DNA of 64,000 nucleotides from Pocillopora damicornis (taxonomy: Eukaryota): the NCBI RefSeq assembly GCF_003704095.1, contig NW_020843834.1:806001-870000 (forward strand). Direction: 5' to 3'. Below are positions 60,991 through 64,000 of this stretch, in pieces. The position numbers and the translations under genes are program-made. The notes beneath the pieces are model-generated. The model made no database searches and was not told the DNA's origin. It saw nothing but the letters and a program-made list of their open reading frames with translations. Numbering within the stretch: position 1 is the first letter of the stretch; each line of letters starts with the position of its first letter.

Positions 60991-63900
60991 TGGGTAAAAT
61001 GACCCCTGATGAAATTAAAGAAAATGCTCTCCCATGATCTGATTATTCACAGCAATTATTAAAGACAGAATTTAATTCCACTCGTTAATGTTATCGCATT
61101 AGGAAATTTTGATTATCCATCGATGAATGATATGCGACAATAACTTGCGGTCATTGCTCCTCACGAATAACTATATCCGGACTGCGTTTTTATCAAAATG
61201 GATCTCTCTAAGATAAATTCTTGATCGGTAGAGTGTATTTTAGTTGCTTGGTGCCTTCGGGTCAGGGTGTGTAACATGAAGGACAAACACAACTCCAACT
61301 CCAACCCCAAGGCAATCTTTTTGGAGGATGCAAGGTTGCATCGCTTTAGGAAAATTTCTACAACGTTATCGAAACACCTATCAAAAGATTGACCAAAGAA
61401 TTTCCTCTAACTCGAACAATGTTGAGTCAACAGGGACATCTCTCTATTTTGAAATCACAACTAAAATTCGACATATCATGAATACTGTTGAGTAAATGAA
61501 CGTTCACAGCAGCGAACTCACCATTTTAAAATAAAGTGATGACTTATCTAACCTCGTATTTAGATCTTACTTACTTTAACAGGTCAACTTTTCTTTGAAG
61601 CTATGGAATTGGAAAACTTCCCAGTCTACTGTCTTCTGTTTTACGCTCCGCTTCCAGAACGAGTTCCTCACCGGTGCTTCTCGCTGGACCTTTTCATAAA
61701 AGTGGTCAGCGGTGTAGAAAGTTTTTTTTTATTCAGCGCGGCAACCGTGAACCAGTTTGACGAGTTCCATCGGTTGGAGAGTTGCCACCGAAATTCTGGA
61801 GAAAATCTGACCTTTTTTTTTTGCTATTTTTCACTATTTGATTTAAAACACATCAGATGAATCTTAGTTTTGCTCCTGTCTCTTAACTCAGAGAAACCAA
61901 ATGTGCAAAGCCACTTAATATCTTTAGAAGAAGAACTAACAGAGTTAGTAGAGCAACTTCTGATAACTTGCCTGAATATAAAAGGTTTAATGGCAGCTGA
62001 AATCATGCTATTATTTTTGCTTATGTAAGGGTTTCACTATCGTCTTTACAGAAGATCTGTGAACCAAAGTTCATATTATCATTTAAAACGAAAAGCTTTT
62101 TGTTTTCTATGAATAGCTCGTCGACTTTGATCTATTCCAAAGAAACCAAAAAATTGGAAGCTTATCAATTTGAATGTTGTAAGATTTATAATACTAAAAC
62201 ACCATCAAATGAACGTTGAAAGGAAACGAAACATATCTCTGTGAAGCTTCTAAACTACCAACCTACTAACCTAATGAAACTTCTCTGGCTCGCCAAAAAG
62301 TGTATTTCTTCCATCCCATACCTAAAGAAGCCACAATCTCGAGTACCGAGGGACAGCAAAGACTTGTTGTTAACACCAGAGGCTTATTAAGAACATATCT
62401 CTGATTAAATACAACTTGAATACTTTGGTTGCAAGCTTACAACGTTTTTTATTTTGTTTGAAAACCTATCACGTTCGAATGACGTCATACTTGCCTTATA
62501 AGGCATCGTTACTATCGAGCGCCGAAGGAAATGTGTTATTGATCAAAGAAGGGCTCAGATTTCATATTAAGAGTGGGAAAACAAAGGGTATTATTACCCA
62601 TATTCGAAGCAAAAGCAAATGAGGTGTATTTTGTGAAATATGAGTCAAGCTGAAAAGATTGCTACCAGATGTGCAGTTTAGTATTTATAACTCTGTAAGG
62701 GGCTGGCAAACGTTTTTACAGGAAATTCCACAGCAGGTTTTACCTAAATTGCTTCAGTTAAAGCCAACCATTTCTTTCTCTTTGTACAAAGCATGAGTTC
62801 CAACTGTGTCTGTTCATTATGAAATTCAATTTTTTTTCTCCAAATATGAATTTTTACGCTATGATTGCTTTCCAATTAATTCGTTTAGACAGGAAAGTTT
62901 TGCTAATTAGATATTACAGGTAGTTTACAAAACAGTCATTGTGATATCTTGTGACAATTTATGAATCGCGTGTGTCTGCCTCGAGCGAAATAGTGGGGAA
63001 ACAATAAACATGCATAATACTATGGATGTCACGAAGCGTAAATAAATCAAAAGTGCAGTTCAAGTTAGTATGACCTCCATTTCTATTGTAGGCTTCTTCA
63101 GGGTGTTAAGTTTCAAGACAATATTATTTCATGGATAGTGCTGATGTGACCTTCGAAAGCAAGAGGTACTGGTCTATCAGTATCAAATATCGTTGCAAAC
63201 CCTGAGCCGAAGCGGTTTTGTGTTTGTATGTATGTTTCTTTTGTTTTTTTGCATTGCTGCCTCAAAGATTTTTGTCGATGAGAACAGTATCAAGCCTGAA
63301 GTGTAGTTTTGTGAGCGAAGAATGCAAATAATGCACGTGTTTTACTACTGAAATACTGTCAGCTTGCCGGACTAAATCCGATACTTTCTCTGGGATTGTC
63401 AACAAATGGAGCACTTCAGCAAATTTTCAATTCAAATTGTCTCTGAGTCGCTCAAGAGAGGATTTCCGGCTCAGGAAAGAAACGGATATCCACACTTCTC
63501 ACGTAATTTGAAATTTGAATGATAACATTATTGTTTATGCTTGCCAAGTGTTTTATTATAGCTATTGAAAAGATACTTTCTTGTTGTGTGTTTGTGGAAT
63601 CTATGTGAGTGTTTTAAGGGTTGATACATTCATGGACCTCAAGAGGGAATGAAAGACAGAATCTTTTAATTACTCAACGTGTTTTATGGTGTACTTTCGA
63701 GTCACACTTCTCATATTTCTTTGTAACGGAGGGCGGTGTTATCACGAAATTGATATCTTCGAAATTCATTTTTAGTATCCAGAAATCGTGCACTTTTTTT
63801 TCTACACATTTAGGTTCATTTATGTTTTACTCTATATCTTGTTGGATCTGTTTTGGATTGTCCAGTCTAAGAGACACCGATTAATTGATAATTGGGATCA

Positions 63901-64000
63901 GTGTTTTTTATCCGCTGGCACCACATAGCGGAAAATAATTACTTGAATTACTTCTGCTCTGACTGGTTTAGGGTTCTCGACCACAAAATCCTCGCAACAA

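Noticed and set aside
46500-64000. Short ORFs of 60-160 aa in the upstream region (e.g. 56887-57369, 60456-60824)
   Set aside because: No recognisable domains or exon chains; consistent with chance ORFs in AT-rich non-coding DNA.

Overview
Eukaryotic, intron-rich, AT-rich draft-assembly sequence with six N-gaps. The repeat and domain content suggests an anthozoan, probably a stony coral (inference). One giant minus-strand gene dominates the window (CDS about 44429 to 4319). By reading GT-AG junctions it encodes: a signal peptide; five L1/neuroglian/contactin-like Ig domains; a tandem array of at least 46 single-domain Ig exons (43 of the 44 complete ones exactly 246 nt, one 243 nt, all phase 1-1, no stop seen); a vWA domain with a degenerate MIDAS; TSP1; three ShKT domains; and a short tail ending PWGR. 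The main frame has no transmembrane segment, so this would be a secreted protein of about 4,700 aa or more if every exon is used. Twelve array exons (9192-15465) lie on the plus strand between two 100-N gaps, and sequence continuity indicates a mis-oriented contig. A convergent plus-strand tyrosinase (1775-2748) carries an in-frame TAG inside the CuB site and an apparent frameshift. Introns hold MITEs, a truncated LINE, LTR relics, a Penelope-type hammerhead ribozyme and a CpG-rich promoter-like island. The last ~19 kb shows no recognisable coding sequence but has candidate TATA plus non-coding first exons.
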